Assembly: GCA_964016885.1 (NCBI GenBank)
Contig: OZ024756.1
Span: 16,802,001 to 16,866,000 of the forward strand
DNA from: Eledone cirrhosa
Taxonomy: Eukaryota
Direction of reading: 5' to 3'
DNA length: 64,000 nucleotides
A program made the position numbers and the translations under genes. Below the pieces are notes generated by a model. It saw only the letters and a list, made by a program, of their open reading frames with translations. It was not told the origin of the DNA and ran no database searches. This document shows, one piece after another, positions 51,803 to 64,000 of the stretch (within the stretch, counting starts at the first letter, position 1; every line of letters starts with the position of its first letter).

Positions 51803-52130
51803 GTGAAGGTACGTGGCTTTGTGGTTAGGGTATTTGGCTCACAATTGTATGATTGTGAGTTTGATTCCCAGTGGCGCACTGTGTCCTTGAGCAAGACACT
51901 TTATTTCACGTTGCTCAAGTCCACTCAGCTGGCAAAAATGAATTGTACTTGTAATTCAAAAGGACCAGCCTTGTTACATTCTGAGTCATGCTGAATTTTC
52001 CCGAGAACTATGTTAGGAATATGCATGTGTGTGGAATGCTCAGCCACTTGCACGTTAATTTCATGAGCAGGCAGTTCCGTTGATTGTATCAACTGGAACA
52101 CTCGTTGTAACCAACAAAGTGCCAGTTATT
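51803..52130 (+). mobile_element. CORE-type SINE with another tail variant
   Basis: GTGGCTTTGTGGTTAGGG...GAGTTTGATTCCC...GTGTCCTTGAGCAAGACACTTTATTTCAC. Confidence 0.75.
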
Positions 52131-52304
52131 GCAAGTTACTGACCAGTGGTCATTTCAGTAGAAGTGGGCATGAAGGACTCACTTTATTTGAGGGTGTTAG
52201 CAAACCAGTAGCTTATGAGTGTTAGTAAACCAGTAACCTAAGGGTGTTTGTAAACCAATCACCTAATATATATATTATGTTTGACTGTATTGACTATTAT
52301 TTAA

Positions 52305-52849
52305 CCCTTTAGAATTTAAACTGGCCATATCTGGTCAGAATTCTCTCACCTCTTTCTGTTCAAACTGGCCATAACTGGCTATTCGTACTGATGTTAAAGT
52401 ATTTTAGGCCTACAAAATCAGAAAACAGTACAGCTCCCATAACTTTCGGAAACAATTTTTCACAATCAGAGTTGTTGAAGCATGGAACAAACTACCTGTA
52501 TCGGTTGTTAGTTGTCGGGACACTGCATCCTTCAAAACTTCCATGCTTCTCGAAATTCGCCAACACTACACCTGATATTCCCCCTCCATACACATGCACA
52601 CATGTAATTGTGTGTATATCATGACTCATACACTGTTCACTTTCCTGACATTTGTACATTATTCTATATACTATACATGCACCTTTGATGAGTTGTAGTG
52701 CACCTGAGCACTGTACACAATAATTTTCATTATTATTATCATTTTAAATAAATCTCGTAGATTCGATACTATGTGAGATAATTATGTAAGATAAAGCCTT
52801 TACCACAAAAATACAATAGTATATATAGAGTAATATAAATGCTAAATGC
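52305..52849 (-). mobile_element. piggyBac-type MITE interrupted by a CR1 3' fragment (about 52410-52740)
   Basis: TTAA|CCCTTTAG start; family sequence resumes after the CR1 (ATT)n tail. Confidence 0.8.
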
Positions 52850-53056
52850 TTAATCAACAATATATGTTAACCAGCCAACCACCCACCCTAGATCTGAAAT
52901 AGATTATTTGAACAGTCATCTGTTAACAATTTAGATCACTGATAGATTTTAAGAAGTCATGAAAGTGAAATAATACAGGAATCCAATAAATTTGTAATAA
53001 TCAATGATGTCGTCTCTACCATGGTCATATACGCAAATCAATATATGTTTCTACAG

Positions 53057-53098
53057 ATCAAACTTCTCCTGGTTTTAATAAATCAATTGATGGACTAT
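53057..53098 (+). CDS. Candidate 42-nt internal exon
   Basis: TGTTTCTACAG| ... |GTAAGT consensus splice sites, length divisible by 3, two open frames (IKLLLVLINQLMDY or xQTSPGFNKSIDGLx). Confidence 0.4.
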
Positions 53099-53749
53099 GT
53101 AAGTCTATAGTTAGTCACTTGTTTTCAATACTAGCGTCTTTATTCTTAAGAAATGAAATTAATTATCTATAAATGTCTGCAGTTATTTAATATCCCACAG
53201 AAGTTAACCTATGGACTCTGTTTAAATTGTTATTTATGGTGTCTCTCTGTTTCAATCCTAACCAATGCTGTCTGTGTGTGTGTTTGTGTGGAAGGGAGCA
53301 CTTTACCTGTCTGAGAGGTCAGTAACTAATTAAATGCTGACTTAGTCTATGATGACCTGTCCAACCCTTGATAGCAGACGTTAATATGATGATGTTGACA
53401 ATGATGTAGTAGTGATGCATCTTTGTTTAAATTCCACCATATGGTGTCTTCCTGTTTAAATTACAGTATATGGTATCTCTCTCTTTAAATTCTTTCACTG
53501 AAATTCTATTTTTCTTAGATAAACTGATTAAGAAATTAGTATTAGTTAAGATCACGAAATGGGGGGGAGCTGTTAGTTAAGGTATTGGCGAGAATGTATC
53601 TGTTAGTAAGATATTTAGGGGTGGAATGTATCTGTCAGTCAAGATATCAGGGAGGGGGTTATATCTGTCAGTTGAGATATTCAGTGTATTGTTTTTCACT
53701 TGGTTTTCTATGGCTAGACGCCCTTCCAACTTTACAGCATGTTTTGGGA

Positions 53750-54430
53750 GTTTTTGTAGCACCAGCACTACTACTCTAAAGGGTAGATTGAATGCTTTTT
53801 TGTCATGGCACTGTACGACCACCTTACAGGGTAGACAGGGTACTATATGTCATGGCACCAGCATGACCATTTAACAAGGTGGACTGGGTGGTTTGTTGTG
53901 GCACCAGCACTACCTCCTTACAAGGTGGACAGAGTGTATTTTATCATGTCCCAACACTAACACTTTACAGGGTGGACTGGGTGGTTTTGTTGTGATACCA
54001 ATGCTACCACTTTACACAGTGTACATAGTGTTTTAGTTGTGGCACCAACACTACCACTTTACAGGGTGGACTGGGTGGTTTTGTTGTGGTACCAATGCTA
54101 CCACTTTACAGGGTGGACTGGGTGGTTTTGTTGTGGTACCAATGCTACCACTTTACAGGGTGGACAAGGTGTTTTTTGTTGTGATACCAATGCTACCACT
54201 TTACAGTGTGGACTGGGTGGTTTTGTTGTGTTACCAATGCTACCACTTTAGTGTGGACTGGGTGGTTTTGTTGTGTTACCAATGCTACCACTTTACAGGG
54301 TTGTCAAGGTGTTTTTGTTGTGGCACCAGCACTACCACTTTACAGGGTAGACAAGGTGTTTTTTGTTGTGGCACCATCACTACCACTTTGCAGGGTGGTC
54401 TAGGTGTTTTTGTTGTGGTACCAGTTCTAG
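53750..54430 (-). repeat. SINE-derived ~48-bp tandem array
   Basis: CTACCACTTTACAGGGTGGACTGGGTGGTTTTGTTGTGGTACCAATG units, related to the reverse complement of the 5195-5470 unit. Confidence 0.85.
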
Positions 54431-54805
54431 CTCCTTGTGGCATTTGGGTGCTCCTTGTGTCCTTGGTCAGGCTGGGGAGGCAGTGGCGAGAGTAAGTAGA
54501 TATCACAATAAGATGATAACTACTTAAACAAACAGATAGACAGAGAGATAGACAGACAGATAGATATATAGAGAGAGTTAGAATGAGAGAGAGAGAGAGA
54601 GACAAAGAGAATTAAAATGTGAGAGATATAAATAGATGGATAGATAAAGAGAGAATGAGAGATCTAGATAGATAGAGAAAGAGAATTAAAATGAGACTGG
54701 TATAAATAGCTAGCTAGCTAGATAGGTGGATAGACAGATACATAGATAGATAGACATACATATATCTATATGAGAGAGAGACAGTATTGTTATCATATTC
54801 CACAG

Positions 54806-54913
54806 GTATTGTTTAATAGTGAGGTTGTTGTTCTTCAGCCACATACCATCACATACATACCATTGTTCTCGCCTGGAACTGCTCCAAAACACCTTAACCA
54901 CATCCATTTCTAA
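54806..54913 (+). CDS. Candidate terminal exon, product unknown
   Basis: ATATTCCACAG acceptor, then VLFNSEVVVLQPHTITYIPLFSPGTAPKHLNHIHF* in phase 0 (or C-I-V-stop in phase 1). Confidence 0.3.
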   Translation, partial: VLFNSEVVVLQPHTITYIPLFSPGTAPKHLNHIHF

Positions 54914-54997
54914 AGGTACAGCAGTACCTGAACCAACATTTGCTAGTAACCTAAACCCTGACCATGCCTGTCTTTTTAAGAAATACCAAAGATTTAA

Positions 54998-55196
54998 CCC
55001 TTTAGCATTTAAACGGGCCATATCTGGCCAGAATTCTCTCGTCTCTTTTTGTTCAAACTGATCATAACTGGCCACTTATACCAATGTTAAGGTATTGTTC
55101 TCCAAATAAATAATATCAAAATCTCATAGATTCGATATTATGTGAGGTAAAGCCTTAATCGTGAAAATACAATAGTAAATAGAGTAATGTAAATAC
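54998..55196 (-). mobile_element. piggyBac-type MITE, one end degenerate
   Basis: TTAA|CCCTTTAGCATTT...family body. Confidence 0.75.
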
Positions 55197-55683
55197 ATTA
55201 TTAAATAGACAAATGTTCCTGCCAGTTTAATGATGCTTTAAATCTTTGGTGTTTTTAAGTTTAATGTATAACAGCTCTGCATGACCCCCACTGCAGTGAG
55301 CTTTAAATCAACCAGTAAATGAGTTTAACTAATTCTGTTAATATTATTATAACTATAATAATACTAGAAAATACTAGGAAATACAAAGAAAATACTAAAA
55401 ATCATTATTATAACTACAATATTAATTCAACTATTATATATATATCTATCTATATAGTTTATATTAAAGATCATTCACTTAATATGTATACACAACCTTA
55501 GGCATCGGGGTCCAATTATGGCCACCACTGTATAGTGGAGTAGCTGTTCTAAAACAAGCCTTGCTCATCAGGCACGAGGAAAATTTTTTTTTTTGCTAAA
55601 TGTATTATCTTTTATATATACTAAATAAACTCTCTTGTACTAAATTGAGCCGTTTTTCCTTGACCTTTTATCTGCGGATATCC

Positions 55684-55731
<48 letters not shown>

Positions 55732-56539
55732 GATATATATATATATAATTATGAAGCAAAACTTACCGAATAGAATGAACACAGCCTTGGTCGTTTTCTT
55801 ACTCTCATCATCATCACTGTTTTATGTCCATTCTTCCATGCTAGCATGGGTTAGACGAATTGTACTGTTGTGGGCAATGCTAGGTCAAGTGACCAGTTCT
55901 TGCTCATACAGACTGATTTTGGCTTGGTTTCTACAGCTGGATGCCCTTCCTAATGCCAACCTCATTTACAGTGAGTACACGACCACTTTATAGTGTGGGC
56001 TGGGTGATTTTTTGTTGTGACACCTACACAACCACTTTACAGTGTGGACTGGGTGCTTTTTGTCATGACACCTACGCAATCACTTTACAGTATGGACTGG
56101 GTGCTTTTTGTCATGACACCTTCACGACCTCTTTACAGTGCGGAAATATGAACTCAACAAATTAGAGTGTACACTTATACGTTAATCAGTGAAGAAAACG
56201 TCTTCATGGGGGTAGGAAATATATATGTGTGTGTGTGTGCATATGTGTGTGTGTAAGGGATGCATGGATGGGGTATAAATTTACTTTCAAAAAGCTGCTT
56301 CAGGATAAAATGTCCAAACAAAGCTTGGAGAAGCTTTTCTTTATATCTTTTACATAAAACATTCTCATGGATAAATAAAGGAAAACAAACATTTAAAAAT
56401 CTGTAGAAGACTGTAAAAGACAGGGCTGGCATTGCCATTAAGGGTAACTAGGCTGTCACCCTTGGCTGCAGACATCAGAGAGGTGCACTATCAAACCTTA
56501 ATGAATCAAAGTTTTATAGAAATGCGTATAATTAAATTA

Positions 56540-56960
56540 AATAGTGACTGAAATGGGGTTCCTCCGAAGGGTCTTTGTTGTAACATTACTTGATTTAGTG
56601 CATATCTCGGAGATCAGAGAGTTGCTCCAGGTAGAGCTGCCGCTACTTCTCCGAATTGAGAGATCACAGCTTGGATATTACAGGCAGGTGTTTAGAATGA
56701 TTCAGAAAAGAATTGCTGGACAGATTTTATGGGCAAAAACAACTGAGGAGACCCAGGGGTAGACCACCAAGCAAGATGGTTGGACAACATCCCTGAGGAT
56801 CTAACAGGATCAGTTGGAGATGGTTGCTTCTGACAGGACCCACTGGAAGGAGTATTTGAGGACTCTGCTTGATGACTCACCAGAGAGAAGAAGAAGAAGG
56901 AGGTGGAGGAGGAGGAGAAGGAGGTGGAGAAGGAGGAGAAGAAGAAGAAGAAGAAGAAGA
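56540..56960 (+). mobile_element. RTE-BovB-like LINE 3' end with (GAA)n tail
   Basis: EMGFLRRV..TLLD..EIRELLQVE..LLLRIERSQL. Confidence 0.85.
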
Positions 56961-58684
56961 AGATAGACTAAATCTGTAAAGCCTGGTTTAACATTAACAT
57001 CATATTTCCCTTGAGTGCTTTAGGTAGAGTCCTTCTGTTGCAGACATTTTGGCAAGGTCTCCAGATGAAGGACACCACTCTCCCTCTCCCCTCCTCTACC
57101 ACCACAAGGTAATGGGGGACACTGTCCCTCTCCCTGACTAAACAGTAAAAACTTGGCCAAAGAACTGACAATGCTATCAATATTTTACCCACAACCTCAC
57201 CAAAATTATTGCAAGACTACTTCTGTATCTGATCTGACTAACCTTCACTTTATCATTGCTCCCCCCCTCCCCCACATCCCTGCTTCATTCATCAGGCCTT
57301 AAGAGACAACCCTATCTCTTATGAAAGGTCACTTAAAAATAAACACAACCACAAATATTAGAAAGATCTTAGATGTGATATATCCTGCAGTGAAGATTAT
57401 TTTCCATGAAAATAGAACACAGTTATAAAATAGCACCACTCCACTACATCTGTTAGTTAGAATATATATATTTAGGATGAAATTGGTTAATAAAATTACA
57501 TTACCCAATGAATCTCTTCACTAGCCACCCCATCTAGCCACACCACCAACCTATCCATAAAATCAAGGGTATCTTTGCTGTTTTATTGAAATAAAAAAAG
57601 CATCATTTTATCATTATCATCATCATCATCATTTAATGTCTGCTTTCCTTGCTAGCAAGGGTTGGACAGGTCTATGTAGACGAAGTCAGTACTGAATCGA
57701 GGTTATTGACCTTCCAGACAGGCCAGGTGATCTGCATCTCACTTACATATGGTCTCATGTTTTACCGAATGCACAGGAGAAGTTGTCATGTCTTTTGACA
57801 CAACCCCTTGTTTGGAAGCTTTCTCTGGCTGAATGCCCTTCCTAACACCAACCACTTTACAGTGTGTATTGAGTGCTTTTTATTAAGTAGATCACATAAG
57901 AAAACTAGTGCTGCTTTGAATAAGAAAAACATTTGTTATTCAGTAAGGGCTATGGATTGGCAATATTGGTAGAGCGTTGCAGCATAGAGTTATGGCCCTG
58001 CTCGTTCTGAGTTCAAATCCTGCTGAGGTTAGCTTTGCCTTTCATCCTTATGGTAGTCGATAAAATAAAGCACCTGTAATGCACTAAGGTCGATTTAGTC
58101 AACTTTCCTCTCCTCCCAAAATTACTGGCCTTGTGCCTAAAGTAGAAACTATTATGAATTATAGAAGTATTGGGAATGTTTCAAGTGTTTGAAGTTTGAA
58201 AATGTGAGAGTCCCAAATGTAAAAAATAACTGCAGTAAGCATTTGATCTATTTTGAAATCAATAAAATAAAACACCAGGTACCAGTTGGTCGTAGTGATG
58301 TAGCAGTGTCATTAGAGTGTGGGATAAAATACCTTGCAGTATTTGTTTTGGTTCTTTGTGCTCTGAGCTCAAATTCCACCGTGGATCAGTCAGGTAGTAT
58401 ACTTTATTTATTACCCAGTTCAATTTCACTTCCTTGCCCTAGGGTGCCTTTAACAGAGTTTGCTCCATTGCAAGTATTCAGACCTGTCTCAGAGGCACTG
58501 AAAAAGGTCAAGGGTACTGCCCCTCTTCCACTCTCATGTCTCAGAGGCACTGCCACTCCCTCCCACCAGTCCAAGGAGTTATGAGCACTGCTTTTCCTTC
58601 CATCCAATCTCATGGGCACAGCCCCTTCCTTCCTTACTAAACTGAGGCTAAAAACTTATTGTAACACTCCACTCCAATTATTGT

Positions 58685-59300
58685 CATAACAACAACACCA
58701 ACAGAACAACACTGGCTGTTACATAGCATAACAACACTCCGACTGTTACATAACACAACAATACTGGCTGTTACATAGCATAACACTCCGACTGTTACAT
58801 AACACAACAATACTGGCTGTTACATAGCATAACAACACTCCCACTGTTACATAACACAACACTGGCTGTTACATAGCATAACAACACTGACTGTTACATA
58901 ACACAACAATACTGGCTGTTACATAGCATAACACAACAATACTGGCTGTTACATAGCATAACAACACTCCAACTGTTACATAACAACAATACTGGCTGTT
59001 ACATAGCATAACAACACTGACTGTTACATAACACAACAATACTGGCTGTTACATAGCATAACAACACTGACTGTTACATAACACAACAATACTGGCTGTT
59101 ACATAGCATAACAACACTGACTGTTACATAACACAACAACACTGGCTGTTACATAGCATAACAACACTGACTGTTACATAACACAACAGCACTGGATGTT
59201 ACATAGCATAACAACACTGAGTGTTACATAACACAACAACACTGGCTGTTACATAGCATAACAACACTGACCGTTACATAACACAACAATACTGGCTGTT
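58685..59300. repeat. 50-bp dimeric minisatellite
   Basis: ACTGGCTGTTACATAGCATAACAAC + ACTGACTGTTACATAACACAACAAT, period 50 from 58991 to 59291. Confidence 0.92.
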
Positions 59301-59464
59301 TCATTACTTAACAACAACAACAGCACTCAAACTCTGTCGTAGAATTACTCATCAACTCCCCCACCAACACATTCTGAAATTCTTTTTTCCACTATATATT
59401 TATATTCTGGTGGTGCTATAGTGATAATAAATCTATACTGCAGACATTTGGTGTTAGCAGTAGC

Positions 59465-60520
59465 AGCACCACCACTACCACCACCACCACTACCACCAAT
59501 AACAACACTGTCACCACTAACACCACCACCACCAATAACAACACTGTCACCACTAACACCATCACCACCACCAACACCATCACCACCAATACTACCCCCA
59601 CCAACAACACCATCACCAACAACACCATCACCAACAACACTACCATCAATAACAACACTGTCACCACTACCACCACCAACACTACCCCCACAACCACCAT
59701 CAACCACAACACCACTACCACCAACACACACCACTACCATCACCACCACTATCACCAACAACCAACACTAACACCACGAACACTACCACCACCATCACCA
59801 ACATCATCACCACCAACACCACCAACCACACCACTCCCACCAACCCCAGCTACTATCACCACTACCACAACCACAAACACTACCAACACCACTACCACCA
59901 ACACCCACCACTACCAACAACAACACTAACACCACCAACACCACCACTATCACCACTACCAACAACAACACTAACACCACCAACACTAACATCACCAACA
60001 TCACCACCACCACCACTATCACCACTACCAACACCACCACCACCACTATCACCACTACCAACACCAACACTAACACCACCAACATCACTACCACTATCAC
60101 CACTACCAACACCAACAACATCACCACCAACACCACCACTATCACTACTACCAACAACAACACTAATACCACCAACATCACCACCACCACCACTATCACT
60201 ACTACCAACAACAACACTAATACCACCACCACCAACAACAACAACAACAACAACAACAACACTAACACCACCAACACTACCACCACCACCACCACTACCA
60301 ACAACAACACTAACACCACCAACACCAACACCAACACCATCACCACCACCACCACTATCACTACTACCAACAACAACACTAATACCACCACCACCACCAC
60401 TACCAACAACAACACTAACACCACCAACACTAACACCACCAACACCACCACCACCACCACTACCAACAACAACACTAACACCACCAACACCACCACCACC
60501 ATCACCACCACTAACACCAC
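59465..60520. repeat. (CAC/CAA/CTA)n low-complexity tract
   Basis: Direct inspection. Confidence 0.92.
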
Positions 60521-60625
60521 TGAGATGACAATACTAAATTTATTTCCCCCATGTTATATTCTTTTTAAAATCAATCGATAATGATGAAACCACAAATATT
60601 TTATATAAAAAGAATATTGATGACC

Positions 60626-61093
60626 TATTGGGAGGTGGTGGGAGTGGGAAGGGGAGGAGAAGGTATCTATTGACTATTGATTGGGAGGTGGTGGGAGTGG
60701 GAAGGGGAGGAGAAGGTATCTATTGACCACTGATTGGGAGGTGGTGGGAGTGGGCAGGTGAGGAGAAGGTATCTATTGACTATTGATTGGAAGGTGGTGG
60801 GAGTGGGAAAGGGAGGAGAAGGTATCTATTGACTATTGATTGGGAGGTGGTGGGAGTGGGAAGGGGAGAAGGTATCTATTGACCACTGATTGGGAGGTGG
60901 TGGGAGTGAGAAGGAGAGGAGAAGGTATCTATTGACCACTGATTGGGAGGTGGTGGGAGTGAGAAGGGGAGGAGAAGGTATCTATTGACTATTGATTGGG
61001 AGGTGGTGGAAGTGGGCAGGGGAGGAGAAGGTGTCTATTGACCACTGATTGGGAGGTGGTGGGAGTGGGCAGGGGAGGAGAAGGTATCTATTG
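60626..61093. repeat. 53-bp G-rich minisatellite, about 9 copies
   Basis: Unit TATTGACTATTGATTGGGAGGTGGTGGGAGTGGGAAGGGGAGGAGAAGGTATC. Confidence 0.95.
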
Positions 61094-61214
61094 ATCAGAA
61101 AAGGTGTAGAAAAGGTAAGAAGGGAGAATAGGGAAAAACAGCCCGGGTGTTGTGATGTCTATCATATGATAGTTTAAAAAAAAGCCTGCATGGCTAAGTC
61201 TTTAGAAAAAACTT

Positions 61215-61608
61215 TATTTACAATTGAATGAATATATCATGTAAATACAAAAAAGAAAAAAAGATTTAGATTGAGAAGAAAGAATGGAATGTAAAATAAG
61301 AAAATATAAAAAGAAAATGGAAAAGGAAGTGAAAGGCAAGGGCTCTAGTGTCTCAGAAGAATGGAGAAGGGGGGGTTGGCCTCTGTGCCTAGGGTGTGGC
61401 GGTAATGGGGCTGCATTCCATGGACAGGACAGCAAAAGCATTCCCGCAGACAATGGCCAGTGACACCCACTGCAACAACCACCCCACCTCATGGGACCTC
61501 CTTCCTCAGATGGGTCACCAATGTTCTGATCTTGTAGAGGAGTTCGGCAGTACGGGGTCCAAGTACATCTGAGGTCTTGACAGCAACCGGTGCGAAGAAG
61601 AAGAGGTC
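61215..61608 (-). mobile_element. Second CRE-like endonuclease 3' fragment
   Basis: FFAPVAVKTSDVLGPRTAELLYKIRT...WLLQWVSLAIVCGNAFAVL, homologous to 19650-19830. Confidence 0.82.
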
Positions 61609-61999
61609 TTTAGAATATAAATTCAAGTTATTTCTAGTTCACCTATAAATCTCTTTGCTATCTATTTAATGCTAAAATGCTCATGATTTCCCACTTAATT
61701 CTCGTGTGAAGTTACTAGCTGAGCTTTTATAACACATCAAATTCATATTTCAACTTGAACTCCTAATAAACAATATTTATTTTGTAACACTAAAGACATG
61801 CCTACTGATGGTAACTATTGTCTTAAATTTGCCAATTATCTGGTGTATTTTAATTATGGTAATTGGTATAATTTTCCTTTTGGTTTCAAACCATAATATA
61901 GCAAGAATTTAATTGTAATGTTAATTAGTAATTTTTGTTTTGCTTACTTTCTTGCCTCGTCATATGTATTATAAAATATAATTATTATTGTTTCCATAA

Positions 62000-62192
62000 T
62001 GGCGGTGGATTGGCAGTATCGGTAGAGGGTTGGACGCCATGCTTTGATGCATAGAGTTACGGCCCTTGCTATTCTGAGTTCAAATCCCGCCGAGGTTAAC
62101 TTTGTCTTTCATCCTTACGGGGTCGATAAAATAAAGTACCAGTAATGTACTGGGTAATTTCTGGCCTTGTGCCAATAGTAGAAACAATTATT
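62000..62192 (+). mobile_element. Meta-type SINE, near consensus
   Basis: GGCGGTGGATTGGCAGTATCGG...CTTTCATCCTTACGGGGTCGATAAAATAAAGTACCAG; flanked by repeated ATTATTGTTTCCATAAT. Confidence 0.88.
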
Positions 62193-62412
62193 GTTTCCAT
62201 AATAATATTGTATGCTTGAATTATATTTTCATATCTAATTTGCATTGAGCTTTTGTGGTGTATAACTAAATTGAAGACGATTTTATTTCGATTTATAACT
62301 CTGTGTTTGTGTATATATGCGAATATATATATATATATATATAATATAGTGTAGGTGATTCAATGAATTATTGGTGTTGGTACCAAAGCAAGCCCTCTAG
62401 GCATATATTTTC

Positions 62413-62504
62413 GCCAGTCTGAAGAGCAGATCAATAGTGGAGTCAGGTCCATAACTCCTATGGGTGACTGTGAGCCAATCCTCTGCAAAACGCACGTTAC
62501 AGGT
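62413..62504 (+). ncRNA. Degenerate hammerhead motif with extended stem II
   Basis: GCCAGT-CTGAAGA-GCAGA...TCTGC-AAAA(G12>A)-C[GCAC]G-TT-ACAGGT. Confidence 0.5.
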
Positions 62505-62994
62505 CAATACACAATAAATATTGAATACATGTAAAAAAAACTTCCTCGGCTTTTTTCTAATATATATATATATATAATAGCAGAGTACCTGTAAAAAATG
62601 ATTGGGTTTATAGTAAAATATATTTAAATAGTTTCCTTGATTACAATATTCTGTGTAAAGATGTTTGAATCCTTGATTTTCCTTCACCTTCTTCCTCTTG
62701 TCACTCCAGCTATTGTTGTATTTCATTTTACATTAATTTAAATTAATTACAATAATCTTAATCCATAATATCTTTAATCATTATGAAACATATATGACTT
62801 TGTTCTACCTATCTATCTATCTGTCTATATATCTATCTATCTACATACCTATCTATAGATAATTATAAATTGGTAGGCAGGCAGATAGATAAATAGACAG
62901 ATATGTATGTAGCTGGATGAATAGACAGATAGATATATGTGTAGATAGAGGAATATGGCTTTGGAGTTTCTTAACAGTGATATCTACAGGAATA

Positions 62995-63720
62995 ATAATT
63001 GTTTCTACTTTTAGGCACAAGGCCAGCAATTACCCAGTACATTACTGGTACTTTATTTTATCGACCCCGTAAGGATGAAAGGCAAAGTTAACCTCGGTGG
63101 GATTTGAACTCAGAATGGCAAGGGCCGTAACTCTATGCGTCAAAGCATGGCGACCGACACTCTACCGATACTGCCAATCCACTGCCCTCTATCCACTATC
63201 TACAGGAATAATAATTGTTTCTACTTTAGGCACAAGGCCAGCAATTACCCAGTGCATTACTGGTACTTTATTTTATCGACCCCGTAAGGATGAAAGGCAA
63301 AGTCAACCTCGGCGGGATTTGAACTCAGATCGTAAAGGGACGTAACTATGCTGGAAAGCATGGCGTCCGACCCTCCACCGATACTGCCAATCCAAATGAT
63401 TTCTAGTATAGGCACAAGGCCAGTAATTTGGGGGGGGGAGGGGAAAGTTGATTAAATTGAGCCCAGTACGTTACTGGTGCTTTATTTTATCGACCCTGTA
63501 AGGATGAAAGGCAAAGTTAACCTCGGCAGGATTTGAACTCAGACCGTAAAGGGACGTAACTCTATGCTGGAAAGAATGGCATCCGATGCTCTACCTATAC
63601 TGCCAATCCAAATAATTCTTTCTAGCATTGGCACAAGGCCAGGAAGGGGGCTGTCACTGATATTGACCCGGAAGTATGAAAGACAAAGGTGACCTTGGCA
63701 AGATATGAACATAAAGAGCT
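62995..63720 (-). mobile_element. Head-to-tail array of 3-4 Meta-type SINEs
   Basis: Same unit as 36775-37950. Confidence 0.85.
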
Positions 63721-63862
63721 GCTGACAGTCTAACAATTCTATTAGCATAACACACACACACACACACACATATAATATATATACACACACATATATATAC
63801 ACACACATACATATATATACACACACATACATATATACAGATACATATATATACAGACACAT

Positions 63863-63907
<45 letters not shown>

Positions 63908-64000
63908 TATATATATATACACACATATATATATACAGATACATATATATACAGACACATACACACACACACACATATATATATATACACACACATATAT

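Overview
AT-rich, repeat-dominated eukaryotic DNA, intronic or intergenic in character. The SINE repertoire and huge (TA/CA)n tracts suggest an octopus or other coleoid cephalopod (inference). No complete protein-coding gene is visible, and almost all listed ORFs are translations of simple repeats. The window holds decayed LINE fragments (RTE, CR1, CRE-like), Penelope-like element (PLE) remnants, tRNA-headed CORE-type and Meta-type SINEs, two mariner relics (one closely resembling human Hsmar2), piggyBac/Tigger/hAT/Tc1-type MITEs, several minisatellites and three weak candidate exons. The main unannotated signal is a set of about seven dispersed type I minimal hammerhead-ribozyme motifs. Most lie in short segments next to (TA)n tracts, several have unusually long stem II helices, and some have palindromic stem III, suggesting microsatellite-targeted non-autonomous PLE-derived ribozyme elements. 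Other notable signals are minisatellites born inside transposons and several perfect fold-back palindromes at TA tracts. All calls are by eye, with no database search or folding computation.
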